A DNA stretch of 64,000 nt from Octopus vulgaris (GCA_951406725.2 OX597815.1:184140001-184204000); one strand, 5' to 3'; positions 1-12,536 are shown, counted from the first letter of the stretch. Notes: generated from the sequence alone by a model not told the origin. Program-made: numbers and translations.

Positions 1-295
1 GTTAGACTGTAACGTAGAAATATAGGCAAATTATATGAAAATAATAACAGAAAACAAACTATTGATATTTCAGAACCTTCATTCCTCTGTTTGATTCAAT
101 AATTCAATACATACATAAAACCGTCTGATAAGCGAAAGTTAAGAGTTTTTAATATTGCCCATATATACCAGGAAATCATGCTCCATCAAAAAGGAAAAAA
201 AAAATATGCCGAATACCCATCGAGTTCCAACTAAGATGAAAGCAACGAATAAAATATAATTACAGCATAAAATAATCAATACAAATAAACAATAA

Positions 296-548
296 TTACA
301 TGTGTGTATAAACACACACACACGTATACATATGCATATATGTATATGCATATATATTTATATATATGTATATGCATATATATTTATATATATGTATGTT
401 TGTATAGGCATATATATATATATATATATACATGTATATGTATATATAGATATATATAAATACATATTTATGCATACTTACTCATACTGTATGTGCATAT
501 TTATACATATATGCACTCTACATACATACATACGTACACCCATATATG
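296..548. repeat. Degenerate (TA)/(CA)/(TG) microsatellite
   Basis: Alternating purine-pyrimidine low-complexity run seen directly. Confidence 0.9.
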
Positions 549-1020
549 CTTTACGTGGGTAGTTCTTGAGGAAGTACTCTTCACCAGACAATTTTGAATT
601 GAATGTCTGGATCAACATTCAATCTTATGTTAGTATTGCCTTCCATGTGTATTATCTATACAGAGACGGGCTTGATTCCAGCTACGCATTTCGTCGTAAG
701 GACTGATGAAGATAGAACGCACATTTACATGTGATTACGTAACTAGTTGAAATGTATGTATTAAATGCAATCCAAATACCAGTAATTGGTATTTGGAATG
801 CACTTCTCTACCCGTCTTCCTTTCTCCCTTATATAAACATACCAGCTTAGATACATATGACAACCATACATATGAGGGAAGTGAGAGAGAGAGAGAGAGA
901 CAGAGACAGAAAGAGACAGAGAGTGGTATGAATGTTACTGGAATAATGCCAATCGCAGGACCCTGGATACCTATGACACGTTGTAAAGTAAATGAGCATA
1001 CTCGTGTGTAGAATTCCTGA

Positions 1021-1137
1021 TACAAGGCGCAATGCACTCATAGTTAAGCGCATGAGTGTCATCTTATAACTACGTAGTAGTTTCAAATATGAACTCACCA
1101 TACTCAAGCACTCAGCTATGAGTGCATCGTACCTTAT
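1021..1137. mobile_element. Small MITE-like element with imperfect ~39-bp terminal inverted repeats
   Basis: tacaaggcgcaatgcactcatagttaagcgcatgagtgt matches the reverse complement of the right end (tataaggtacgatgcactcatagctgagtgcttgagtat). TA at both ends suggests a Tc1/mariner type (inference). Confidence 0.5.
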
Positions 1138-1312
1138 AGCAGAAACAACTTTGGAGTTAATGAAGTTCGTAACATAATTGTTTATTCCTTTCTCAAACCA
1201 ATTTTGTATTATCGCTCTTCACACGATTGACGTTTCGTACTGAAGCACGTGCATTAATTACTTATTACGCTTGATTACTAGCCTAAGTGATATACATACA
1301 TATATATATATA

Positions 1313-1440
1313 TCATCATCATCATCATCATGTGACCGACCAGACCATCAGATGTTGCTACACATCGCTGGTCACAATGCATTCGCATTGTTTTAGCCTT
1401 CGAATGACGCCACCCCGCTGGCTAAGCGAGCAGGCCAACA
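1313..1440 (-). mobile_element. 3' end of a SINE/LINE with an (ATG)n tail
   Basis: GC-richer ~110-bp segment ending in (ATG)n on the minus strand, embedded in TA repeats. Family not assigned. Confidence 0.35.
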
Positions 1441-1560
1441 TATATATATATATGTATATATATGTGTGTGTGTATGTGTGTGTGTGTGTGTGTTTGTAAC
1501 GATATGTGTATCGTTGGCGATTTTATTCCTCTGTCTTCCTTTTCTATTGGTTTTTCCTCA

Positions 1561-1595
1561 GTTTCTGAATAAGAGCTTTGCTCGAAACGTTAAAC
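1561..1595 (+). ncRNA. Minimal type I hammerhead ribozyme motif (core variant) in a PLE-like terminus (~1500-1700)
   Basis: gttt CTGAATA a gagc-ttt-gctc GAAAC GTT aaac: stem I gttt/aaac, stem II gagc/gctc, palindromic stem III ACGT. G8 is mutated. A related tail fragment lies at ~14925-14975. Confidence 0.6.
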
Positions 1596-1897
1596 CATCT
1601 TTCTTTCCTTCCCTGAGCGTCTGCTAATACTAGACATGTACCACGTCCTAACGTTGTTCCTTTGTGTTTGTTTTTGTTTTCTTTTGGGACTTATTGTATA
1701 TATATATATATATACCGTACCTTAATGTGTATAAGGAATCCTTGCGTATATGGACCACCCCACCAATTTCTTGAGTTTCAAATTTGTAAAAAAGGTTTTG
1801 TAAGGGATTATAATACTATCCATGTATAAGCAACTTCAATATTCTTCTATCCTAACTTTTGACAAAGAAGGGCCTATCATACACGTTAGAATACAGT

Positions 1898-1955
<58 letters not shown>

Positions 1956-2119
1956 GTGTGTATACATATATATATATATGTGTGTGTGTGTGTGTATATA
2001 TATATGTATATTTACATATATATGTATATGGGCGCATGCATATGTGTATCTGTATAAATATATATCTACATATATATATATACATACATACTCCCTATGC
2101 AGAGTTTCACCACCTCCTG

Positions 2120-2420
2120 TACCTACACCTTACAATCCTTATGGCATCTGATATGGCTTTTTTCAGACAATGTTCTGAAAAGACACCCACATACATTACA
2201 CATCCGATTATGACCACAAAGAGCTGCAGATAATTTCTGATCCATTCCAAGTGACTTCATGGTTGTGCTTATGCCTTTTTTAGGTTTACGTAGATAGCGT
2301 TTCCCCTCTGTAAGCTCACCACAAAACAGCTGTTTCAGCATGTGTTCATCCACCATTCGAACACTTTTTCCAGAAAATCAATATCATAGCTTTAATTGAG
2401 GCAATGCCTGCCGATGCGAG
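2120..2420 (-). mobile_element. RTE-clade LINE, C-terminal fragment
   Basis: Translation MVDEHMLKQLFCGELTEGKRYLRKPKK and CNVC resembles the RTE/BovB C-terminus (R.PKQLFYGEL..GKR..GRP plus zinc finger). Confidence 0.7.
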
Positions 2421-2462
2421 CACATACACTTGCATACACACACACACATTCATAAAAATAAA

Positions 2463-3969
2463 TAGTGTATCACGCTCTATTGCAGGTCAAAGCTTTGTTG
2501 ATATTTTTAATATTAAACATAGTAGGAGCGTGAAACTTGGTCCACTGAAAGATCCCTGTTAGATACGGAGGCAACGAATATTTCAGTTTTATTGATAAGC
2601 TACACACATAGTTACGTTGAGTTTATTGCAGGTGTCTGAAAATGTCACTTTAAGGTAATGAAATATCATTATATTACCCTTTTATTGTAACAATGAAATA
2701 CGCTACCGAAGAATAACAGTAGAAGATACGAAACAAACACAATTAAATTGTTGGTGCTGTACTTTATTTGTCTACGTAACTTTCTTGCTTAGAAATGACA
2801 TTAAACAGTCTTTTGTCCACAGAAGCTGTTAGCCAACTAAGCTGAAATGTTATCGTACCAGCAATGCTTTGATCTTTTCCCACAGGGCATCCTTCGATGA
2901 AAATTGGATGCCTCCTCTTTCATGATCAACCAGATCTGTTCGATAGATTTTAGGTCAGGTGAACAGAAAGGCCAAGTTACAGTGATTGGCCAGTGATCCG
3001 CAAAGTTGTTTGGTACGAGATTTTTAGCCTTGGCTGAATGCGAAGGAGCATTGTCATGCATAAAAATCAATCACTGTCGACGTGAGAGTGGCAGATCATC
3101 TAATCATGCTGCAAAATACTCCTCCAGAAACCTGGTGTAGGATTTGTTAGTGAGTTTGAGACCTGGCACACGGAAAGGCCCGACAAGTTCACTTCCTATG
3201 ATTCTCGCTCAAACATGACAGCGTCACCTGTTTGTTGATGCCGAATGCGAAGCGGGCGAGAGGCTCCAAAAGGCACCCAAACTTCGGCCTATCCGTCGGG
3301 GCCATTCAGAGTAACTCTGGCCTCGTCCGCGAATAAGACACCTTGGAAATTAATTTTCTTGTACTTCCGTGCCCAATCAATACACTTCTCTTTGTGGAAC
3401 TCGCTTCGGATAGGCCTCGTGAGGCAGTCAAAATTTCTGGCCGTCTCTTTAAGGATTCTATAACGAGGGCTTCTGGACAAAGAAGCAACCCCAGCACTCT
3501 CAAATATGGCAGCACCTGTGCTACCGAGGCCTTTTCTTACTTGCCTAGCTATTTTGGGGGGTACCATAGTGGGATACACTGCTTCTCGTACTATTGTTTT
3601 GCTTTGGTTTCGTGATGAGGTTTTCCACATACGCCTTCAATGTTCCTGTGTCCTGACTAAGCTCTTGGGCTAATTCTTCCACAGATGAGCCTTTCACAAG
3701 ACCTGTAACACTCTGCATCTTCTCTGTAGGGGGTCAGACATCATTTCAGGGGCATTTTCGTGCACCTGCAATAAAACGTGACACAGTTGAAAGCACTTCA
3801 AAATACACAACTCAACATAACTTTGTATGTAGCTTATCAATACAATTGAAATGTTCACCGTCTATGTACCTAGCAAGGATCTTTCAGTGGACCGAGTTTC
3901 ATGTTTTTACAATGTGTTATATTCAAAATATCAACAAAAATTTGACCTGAAATAAAGCGTGATACACAG
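2463..3969 (-). mobile_element. Degenerate full-length Tc1-like transposon, DD37E (TRT-like), with ~190-220 bp TIRs
   Basis: TIRs gtgtatcacgctctattgcaggtcaaa... (2463-~2650) and ...tttgacctgaaataaagcgtgatacac (~3750-3969). Transposase motifs VLFADEARVTLNGPDG, FMHDNAPSH and WPFCSPDLKSIE, with 37 residues between the second D and E. Confidence 0.9.
2770..3730 (-). pseudogene. Frameshifted DDE transposase pseudogene of the Tc1-like element
   Basis: ORF pieces 3289-3630 and 2837-3070 carry the catalytic motifs and are broken by stops and frameshifts. Confidence 0.85.
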
Positions 3970-4117
3970 TTTGTTTATATATATATATATTTCTTCTTGC
4001 TTACCAAGCTTATATATGTATATAAACACACACACACATACACACAGGCACACGCACATATATACACACTCGCACAGAATCATACATACACACTATATCT
4101 ATGTGTCACTGTACATA

Positions 4118-4850
4118 CCTGACAATCGGTTACAATGCGTCTCCAATTCTTTCTTGATTACGCCATTTTTATCCATATTAGCTGAAATCATTCGTCTTGG
4201 AGGGCTTCGCAGCGGACTTTTTCCTCCTCTTGGATACAGCCTTCGTTCACTCCGTTCCATTCTTAATTATCTCATTTGGGAACTACTCTCGCAATGGAAT
4301 TCCTAGCACGAATCTTTATATGGTTCTTTAGGACACAACCATTCGATGTTCTTTCTTCTTCTTCATATAAAGGCTAGGAGGATGGTGCCATTGAAAAGGC
4401 TGGCTCAGCATTGTTTTGAACTCTTACCGTATTCAAGTAAATTCCTTCCATTCGGCCCTTATTCTCTTCGAGATTTTATCATTGATGTCTCTGTGCAAAT
4501 TCTATGCCCTCTATGTAATCCTACTTCTTTATCTCAAGTTCATCGCCCCCATTTCCGTTTGGCCTTGTGCTACGTTTTAAGATTTCATGCAGTTCATTTT
4601 AAGGCCACTGCGAACTGTGTTCGCTCTTATCGCATGGTCTGAAGCTGATCTAGGGTTTTGGTGATAAATACGATATCATATGCAAATAGCATGTATGTGA
4701 TCTCCACACCGGTGATTTCCTACCTATACCAGAATATGGCTCTTTGTATTTATATTCCTGTTTCCAAAATTCTTAGCTAAGCTAAGAATATCGTTAATAT
4801 CGTTCTGTTGTTTCGTTTCTCTTCCATACGCTTTTGTCATTTTATCGTAT
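4118..4850 (-). mobile_element. RTE-clade LINE fragment (late RT to C-terminus)
   Basis: Minus-strand peptides ASLFNGTILLA and LYPRGGKSPLRSPPRR resemble RTE LFNS.ILP and W.PR..KR..GRP..RW. Confidence 0.55.
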
Positions 4851-4866
4851 TAAAACTCACTCACTC

Positions 4867-4906
<40 letters not shown>

Positions 4907-5040
4907 AAGCAAACATATGTTAAGACACATACATACATATAGATGATTACTCACACCTGCATAAACAAATGCACAAATATTTACATATACACATAAAAAT
5001 GTATGTCACACACACACACACACACACACGCACACAAACT

Positions 5041-5275
5041 GGTACTCCGTCAATTACGACAACGAGGGATCAACGCTAGTGAAATTAGCATGCGTAACCT
5101 TAACATAGTTCTCATTGAGTTTCAGGGTGAGAGATGTGACAAGGCCAGCCATTTGAATCACAGATACAACTCCTGTTTTCCAGCTGAGTGGACTAGAGTA
5201 AAGTGAAGTAAACTGTCTTATCCAACGCGGGGATCGAACTCACGACCTTACGATCGTGAGCCCATTATCCTAACC
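5041..5275 (-). mobile_element. tRNA-headed SINE, family C (degenerate)
   Basis: Homologous to 27525-28075 and 53592-53940. Minus strand shows a B-box-like gagttcgatccc. Confidence 0.65.
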
Positions 5276-5422
5276 TGTGTAATAAGAAGTTTGCTTCCCA
5301 ACCACAGGGTTCCAGGTTCAGCCCCACTGCGTGGCACCTTGGGCAGTTGTCTTCTATTATAGCCCCGGACCGACCAAAGCCTTGTGAGTGGATTTGGTAG
5401 ATAGAAACTGAAACCCGTCGTA
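5276..5422 (+). mobile_element. SINE family A, 5' part
   Basis: Matches the family A head (ggttcagccccactgcgtggcaccttgggcag...gtggatttggtag). Confidence 0.75.
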
Positions 5423-5426
5423 TCTA

Positions 5427-5504
<78 letters not shown>

Positions 5505-5584
5505 ACTCTCTCTCTCTCTCCCTATCTCTTTCTCTCTCTCTCCCTATCTATCTATCTATCTATCTATCTATATCTATCTATATC

Positions 5585-5616
<32 letters not shown>

Positions 5617-5622
5617 TATATA
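5421..5622. repeat. (TCTA)n/(CT)n/(TA)n compound microsatellite
   Basis: Seen directly. Confidence 0.95.
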
Positions 5623-6005
5623 GGCGTAGGAGTGGCTGTGTGGTAAGAAGCTTGCTTCCCAACCACATGGTTCCGCGTTCAGTCCTACTGCGTGGCATCT
5701 GGGAATATATCATATACTATAGCCTCGGGCCGACCAAAGTCTTGTGAGTGGATTTGGTAGAAGGAAACTGAAAGAAGCCTATCGCGTATATATATATATA
5801 TTTTTGTGTGTTTCTGTCTGTGTTTGTCCTTCCACTGTCGCTTGTTGGTGTGGCTACGTTCGCGTAAACTAGCGGTTCGGCAAAATACACTGATAAAATA
5901 AGTATCAGGATAACAAAGAATTAGTCCAGAGGTCGATTTCTTCGACTAAAAGGCGGTGCTCCAGTATGGTCACTATCAAAATGACTGAAACAAGTAAAAG
6001 AGCAA
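5623..6005 (+). mobile_element. SINE family A, full length
   Basis: A-box-like tggctgtgtggt, B-box-like gttcagtcc, internal (TA)/(TG) tract, and tail ggcggtgctccag...gactgaaacaagtaaaag. More than ten homologous copies occur in the window. Confidence 0.85.
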
Positions 6006-6505
6006 AATAGTGCAGACACTCAGGTTCACACACACACACACACACACAATAAATATAGCTACAACAGTTAAGTAAAGGAAAAGAAACGACAGAAGAAATT
6101 TAAAGATGTCGTTAGAGTGGATAAGAATGCAGGAAATAGAGATATAGAGATATTAACTGGTTCTTGTTTATTTGAATTTGAATGAAAGAAAAAAATCCCC
6201 AAAACAATACGTTAAAGCGTAGTTATTGTATATCTATAAGTGGTGGGAAGGTGTGAAGAGGAAAGAGAAGGTAGGAACATGGTTAAGGGAAGGCCTGTGG
6301 AAAATATTCAGTTGACAGAGAATTAAAATAAAGTAGGTAGGCGTAGGAGCTGTCACATGTAATACATCCGATCAATTAAATTCAGAGAACACAGACAATC
6401 AGAAAAAAAAAGAAAAAAATTCCATTGTCTTGAAAATATATATATTTTCTAAAATAAGTTGACAAAAGCAAGCAAATATATAGGCATATATAAATGTAGA
6501 TACAG

Positions 6506-6937
6506 AGACACACACATGCTTGCACAAGCACATACACACATATTTATATATGTATATGTACATGCATATGTATATGTACATATATATGTATGTATGTGTA
6601 TATATATGCATATATATATTTGTATGTGTATATATATGCATAGATATGTATATATGTGTATATATGTGCATATATATGTATATATGTGTATATGTGTATA
6701 TAGATGTATATATATATATGTATGTATGTGTATATACACATATATGCATGTATGTGTATATACACATATATGCATGTATGTGTATATACACATATATGTA
6801 TGTTTGTATATATATATACATATATGTATGTATATATATACATACATGTATGTATGTATGTATATATATACATATATGTATGTTTGTATATATATATATG
6901 TATATATATGTACATGTATATACATATATATATATAA
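6506..6937. repeat. Degenerate (TA)/(TG) microsatellite
   Basis: Seen directly; it is the source of the YI/CV-type ORFs. Confidence 0.9.
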
Positions 6938-6939
6938 TT

Positions 6940-7270
6940 TTTATTCTTTTATTTGTTTCAGTCATTTGACTGCGGCCATGCTGGAGCACCGCCTTTAGTC
7001 GAACAGATTGACTCCAGGACTTATTCTTTGTAAGCCCCGTACTTATTCTATCGGCTTCTTTTGCCGAGCCGCTAAGTTACGGAGATATAAACACACCAAA
7101 CACAGAAACACAAACATATGCGTATATATATATATATGTATACGACCAGCTTCTTTCAGTTTCCGTATATCAAATCCATTCATAAGGTTTGGTAGCCTTG
7201 AGGTTATAATGGAAGCCACTTGCCTAAATTGTCACGCAGTGGGACTGAACCCGGAAACATGTGGTTTGTG
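6940..7270 (-). mobile_element. SINE family A
   Basis: Reverse complement of the family A tail and body. Confidence 0.85.
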
Positions 7271-7467
7271 ATAATCATTCAGCTCGCAAAATACTATATG
7301 TTTTCTCCAGCGACAAACTGTCACTGGTTTCGAAATAGGAGAAATAACTTATATTAAACTCTGTGCAGGAGGTAAACAGTTACAGTACGGAATCGTAAAA
7401 TATATTTGCCAACTAAATGTGGCAGAAGATAAGACTGCTATTTAAGGACTGCCTAAAATTCTCATTG

Positions 7468-7798
7468 AAGACTTGTTAAATGCGGGTGGCTGACTGGGAG
7501 AGCAATGCTTGCAATCGCCACGGATGGGAGGGAAACGGGTAAAGGAGGGAGTTGATACCTTTGAAAGAACACGTATTCTTCAATAAAGAATTCAAGCAGG
7601 CTGCTCCAAAATGCATGATGGCTAGTGTAATGAATGGGGGAGGCTTGGTCTGCAATGCTTGCAGTCGTAATTGTTTGTGAAGAGCAGGGCTCGTTGGTCA
7701 CCAATGGAGCCCCAAGTGTAAAGTATATGGTTGTCTTCAGTGCACAGTGTACCTAAACATCAGTAGTGTTTTTACTCGGTCACGCGTGGACGGCCATC

Positions 7799-7800
<2 letters not shown>
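7468..7800 (+). mobile_element. RTE-clade LINE 3' end
   Basis: DWESNACNRHGW...EGVDTFERTR...LVCNACSRNCL*RAGLVGHQ resembles the RTE C-terminal CxxC...GL.SH finger. Ends ggacggccatcat. Confidence 0.65.
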
Positions 7801-7830
<30 letters not shown>

Positions 7831-7834
<4 letters not shown>

Positions 7835-8014
7835 ATAAATATTAGGGAATAAATCCAAATTTACAAGGAAAAATCAGATTAAGATTGAATCCAATTTTAT
7901 AGTAAAATATTATGGTTATTCATTTGTTAAATTTTAATTTATATAAATTATTTTATGTATTGGCTTAAGTCTTTCTTTGTTTGATTTGCATAATAGTGGT
8001 TTTGTCTCTAATTT

Positions 8015-8020
<6 letters not shown>
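7831..8020. mobile_element. AT-rich interspersed repeat terminus (PLE-like) with an internal inversion
   Basis: Both halves match 35165-35345, but one half is inverted relative to the other. Confidence 0.6.
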
Positions 8021-8042
<22 letters not shown>

Positions 8043-8046
<4 letters not shown>

Positions 8047-8264
8047 TCTGTTGTGTCTGGGGAGAGTAATTTTCTTTTTGTGCCTTATAATTTAACACAC
8101 CGGTAAAATTTCCACTATTTTCCAAAGAAATAAGTGGAAATTTTACTGGTGAGTGTCTTAAATTATAAGGCACAAAAATAAAATGACTCTACCCAGACAC
8201 AACATAATATGCTTCAACACACGAACTCATATACAGAATCTTGCAAACCAAATCCAAAAACGAA

Positions 8265-8268
<4 letters not shown>
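8043..8268. repeat. Fold-back palindrome (8043-8210) of an interspersed repeat also present at 14660-14890
   Basis: The left arm tgttgtgtctggggagagt...aaaatttccact is the reverse complement of the right arm agtggaaatttt...cccagacacaaca. Flanked by (TA)n. Confidence 0.8.
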
Positions 8269-8300
<32 letters not shown>

Positions 8301-8694
8301 TTCAATACTAATTTCTGGTCTGAGCCAAAAGGCCGAGAATTGTAAATATATAAATGCATAGATATATGCATGTATCTGGAGAGGTACGGTACCTCTGCTT
8401 GATAAATTAAAAAAATATGACATAGCAAATTCGTATGCGGTGCTTTGCGAATAGCGCAAGTATACTTTCGTGTATTCCTTATTCTGCGTATGCATGTCTG
8501 AATTTGAAGTTTCCTCTGACAAAAGGAATTTTTCTGATGCTGGAGACTCTGTTTATTACAGATAAGCTCAACTTTGTGGCATTGTTATATACTATCATTA
8601 TGCTTCGCCTTTTATGAATTCCTGTAATTCTAATTTGTTTTCGCAACACCTACTTAAGTAAATTTCTGAAAAATGTATTATATCTAACAAGTGT

Positions 8695-9620
8695 TCAATG
8701 ATAAACTTCATCACTTTCCTTCTTTTTTTTTTCACACTTTGGTGTTTGCAGAGAAATATACTTGGACCAAGTGTGAGCATGAACTATAAAACTGGCCACA
8801 ATAAAAGTGTGTCTGTTCAACTCCAGTGACCCTGAAGTAATGTACTTCTGTCTAGTTGATGGCAATGGAAAATGAATGTCGATAGAATGAGAGAAAATTC
8901 GTAGAATAATAAAGTCTTCACCATTGTCAGAGCTAATCATAATAATGATTTTCTCATATGGATTTTATGAATTATAGCTGCTAATCATTTTAGTACTAAA
9001 GACCTTTGGGGGCATTCAATTTTCGGAACAACGTAATATATGACCCTACATTCTGTTCCTGATTGTGAAAATTTAAGATACACTGCTAGATAGTTTGCAG
9101 CTTTACAAATATCGGCAAAAGTTTGAAATATTTGTTGCACACCTTGTGTGATGAAATTTATGATATGCTCGATGTCATTGTGAATGTTATAAAGACATCT
9201 CAGTAAACCATTTATGGAGTCGATAATTCTGACAGAACGCGAATAAATTTCAATAGGTGTTTTGTAAGGTGAGTTGATAAATCCCGCTGATTAGTAAGTA
9301 TGACAATATGATCAATCTCAATGTGGAATTGTGGCTGATGTATTCCACATTTAAACGAAACATTTGTGAACGATGCTACTAAGATATCCCTATGAAATGC
9401 GACTCCTATGCTGGCTGAGGTAACACATTTGTTAGGTCGTAAATTAGAGACGTCTTTGAGGTATGTTCTAAACTTACTAGTAGGTGAACTCTTTTGCGGA
9501 CTACAAATATTTCCTAAACTCTTCAGAGATGAAGACACTCCCTCGCCACTTATTCCGTTAGTGTTATTTTTGAAATCGTTTAAGGATCTATCGTGAAATA
9601 CAAATGCAAATCTGTGTGAT
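8695..9620 (-). pseudogene. Probable highly decayed Gypsy-type pol (RNase H then integrase)
   Basis: SASIGVAFH and FHIEIDHIVILTNQRDL resemble RNase H DAS..IGAVL and F.I.TDH.PL. ISSDNGEDF...FSHSIDIH...SGSLELNRHTF...WSKY resembles integrase SDNG..F...GI.H...NG..ER.NRT. The RH-before-IN order fits Gypsy. Confidence 0.45.
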
Positions 9621-10066
9621 ATTGGGTATATATCTCATATATTCGTCTCTGCTTGTTTCAGGAATTGATCCGATCACTTGCTAATATTGCACGCAAGAAA
9701 ATCATTGTGAGAAAGACTGAGTGACAGCATAAAAGATAATTGAGAAGCATTGTGACGTTTATAGATATAAGTACACAAACACGCACATAAATGTACATAT
9801 TCGCATGTATACATATGTCATGGTATGTGTGGCCATGTAACGATACAAGTGCTTACACGCCCACAGTGGTCTTTTTCCGCTTTCCAACTTAGAACCATGC
9901 GCGAAACCACATTTCTATTTAAATTTTCCATCTAAACTTTCACTAAGGGCTAATATAACAAACAAATACCCATTCCAGTTGACGCTCGTTGCCTTCTGCT
10001 TATCGTCTTGGATTTACCTATATATATATATATACATATACACACACACACATATATATATATATG

Positions 10067-10094
<28 letters not shown>

Positions 10095-10098
<4 letters not shown>

Positions 10099-10345
10099 AC
10101 TGTAAATGTGATATGTGACAATTATTCGGTAGCCATGATAGAACTCCGAGTTTAGCATGCCGAGGTGGAAATCCATGCCGCCATCTCTTTACTTATCCGG
10201 CCATCGGAAAAATGCTATAGATTTTTCATAGCATTTTTCCGATGGCCGGATAACTGAAGAAATGGCGGCGTGGATTTCCACCTCGGCATCCGAAACTCGG
10301 AGTTCTATCATGGCTACCGAATAATTATCACATTTACAGTTATAT
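10095..10345. repeat. ~250-bp fold-back palindrome of an HHR-bearing PLE-like terminus
   Basis: Arms mirror around gctatagatttttcatagc and are flanked by (TA)n. A single-arm copy lies at 34150-34345. Confidence 0.85.
10249..10309 (+). ncRNA. Hammerhead-like motif with extended stem II
   Basis: gataa CTGAAGA aatg...gtggatttccac...catcc GAAAC tcgga GTT ctatc. The mirror copy on the left arm has a decayed core. Confidence 0.5.
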
Positions 10346-10448
10346 ATATATATACATACACACACACACACACGCACACATGCCCACCCACACCCACCCA
10401 CACACCCACACACACACACATACATACATACATATATATATATATACA

Positions 10449-10805
10449 CTCTTTTATTCTTTTAGTCGTTTCAGTCATGGACATGCTGGAGCACCACCAT
10501 GGTCTTTCTGACTTCCTCAAACTGGGTGTTCCACATCATTACTCCTGTATGTGCCTTTGCCCCAGCTGTTTTATTCCGTTGGTGTATAATGGCGTTTGAT
10601 TCCGCTGCCCATGTCTGTACCTCATATCGGGCTCTAGGTTCATCCGGTCTTATGGAGAGGAAGATGTCTAGTTCCATTTTGAAGACATCTACTTCCACCT
10701 TATCAAAATTTCTTAATTTTTGTGGCAGGGCATTGAAGAGCTGTGGGCCTTTGAACCTTAGACTATTGCAATACCACGTCCTGAATTTAGATGGAGTGGA
10801 TGGTA
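10449..10805 (-). mobile_element. CR1/L2-group LINE 3' end
   Basis: [27 protein letters not shown]...[16 protein letters not shown]; same family as 37482-38059. Confidence 0.8.
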
Positions 10806-10807
10806 CC

Positions 10808-10833
10808 TTTATATATATATATTTATATATATT

Positions 10834-10876
<43 letters not shown>

Positions 10877-10935
10877 TTATATATATATTTATATATATTT
10901 TTATATATATTTATATATATTTATATATATATATA

Positions 10936-10988
<53 letters not shown>

Positions 10989-11098
10989 ATATATATTTAT
11001 ATATTTATATATATATATATATATATATAAATATATAAATACATATATAAATATGTGTATGTATGTGTGTGTGTATGTATGTATGCATGTATGTATGT
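10808..11098. repeat. (TA)n/(TTTA)/(TATG) microsatellite
   Basis: Seen directly. Confidence 0.9.
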
Positions 11099-11099
11099 A

Positions 11100-11200
11100 A
11101 TTATTCAGTTTATCTCAAGATTTCTTGCCAATAGTGAAAGAACTGGTTTCTAACCTAGATCTAAGGTCACTTCATTGGAATTTAAACATCAACAACAGGG
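11100..11200 (-). mobile_element. 3' UTR fragment of the R4/Dong-type LINE at 24880-25670
   Basis: Reverse complement of 25570-25670; sits within (TATG)n. Confidence 0.75.
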
Positions 11201-12532
11201 TATTTTTGTATGTATATGTGTGTGTATGTATGCATGTATATGTATGTATGTATCTACTATCTAACTATGTATATATATATATACTCATATATACATTTAT
11301 ATGTATATATATAGATGTTTGTATGAAGATACCTTACCTCTGTGTGTGTGTGTGTGTGTGTGTGATAATGTGCATCAGTGAATTTGATGCATATATAAAA
11401 TGTTTGTTCATCTAACACTGTTTAATGTTTGCTAGAGAGATATGAGGATAGAAAGAAAATGGCAGTAAAGTTATGTGAGCAGGAGGAAAAATAGTAACGG
11501 AATAAAAATATATATACGGCCCCACAGGGAAACATTTGTCTGTTTTAGTTTAAAGATTGTTCAAATTTATTTGTTTTCCGTTTTCCATTCCATTTCTTTG
11601 CTCGTTCATTCGTCGCGATTTTCTCTAACTTAACTCCGTTTCGCTGTTTCTGCTACAAATTTCTGTTGTCGTTTTTCATCAATTTCTTCTGTCTTTTTCT
11701 ATTTTCTTGTCTTCCCTTTGTTATTTCTGTCCTTTCTCGTTTCCTCGTTCGTTTCCTTTTTTCGTTTTTATCCTACTTATTTTCATTTCATCTTTCAATC
11801 ATTGCCGACCTCTTTTTTCGATTATCTTGTTTCTTCGTCTGTCTTTCTTTTATTTCTGTAAATTATTTATTTATCTCATATGAATTCTTCCCCACTGTTT
11901 ACAGAATATTATTTTTTAATGTCAACGTTATATTAGTTATTATTTTTTATGCTCTCTCTTTTGCTTTGCAACATATCCCTTCTGATGTCGTTAAACTATT
12001 CGCGTTTACCGTGTCGCTTACTTTCCCGTCCTATCTCTTTTGTTTTCAATGCAATTCTGTTCGTTGGAGGCTATGCGTCCGAATGAATAAATCTACCTAT
12101 ACATGTGCATTATTTCCTATCTACTGCTGCTTGTATGACACTATATCTCGGGGCAAACCACTAAAATATGCATGCATCAATTCATTTATCTTGAAGTTTT
12201 ATGTTTAAAATAATTCGGAAAATGTTATCTGAGATAGAGTGGTACATTGTCTTCGCTGCTTATTTTTAATAACATTTTACAGCATCGCAGGATTCACCTT
12301 TTACGAAACATCTTGTAAATGGCAGCATACACCAATTGTATGTTAACTATGCTATGACAGCTCTCAAACTGCGGGTTAGCAACTATCAGTGAATAATAAA
12401 CGTTTTGTTATTGAATGTTTTTCCGTATAATTTGATGTGAAACGAAGAAAGTATCACATAATTGTTTCATGATATGACATGAGTCAAGTTTTCAAAGACA
12501 TTTAGAAATAGCACACAAGAGAGTTATGCGTA

Positions 12533-12536
12533 TATC

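Noticed and set aside
697-765. CTGATGA...GAAATGTATGTA hammerhead-like spacing
   Set aside because: Core words are present, but stem I does not pair (aagga vs ttaaa) and stem II is poor.
11666-12208. 180-aa hydrophobic ORF resembling a membrane protein
   Set aside because: It derives from T-rich low-complexity sequence with a non-ATG start and no recognisable motif.
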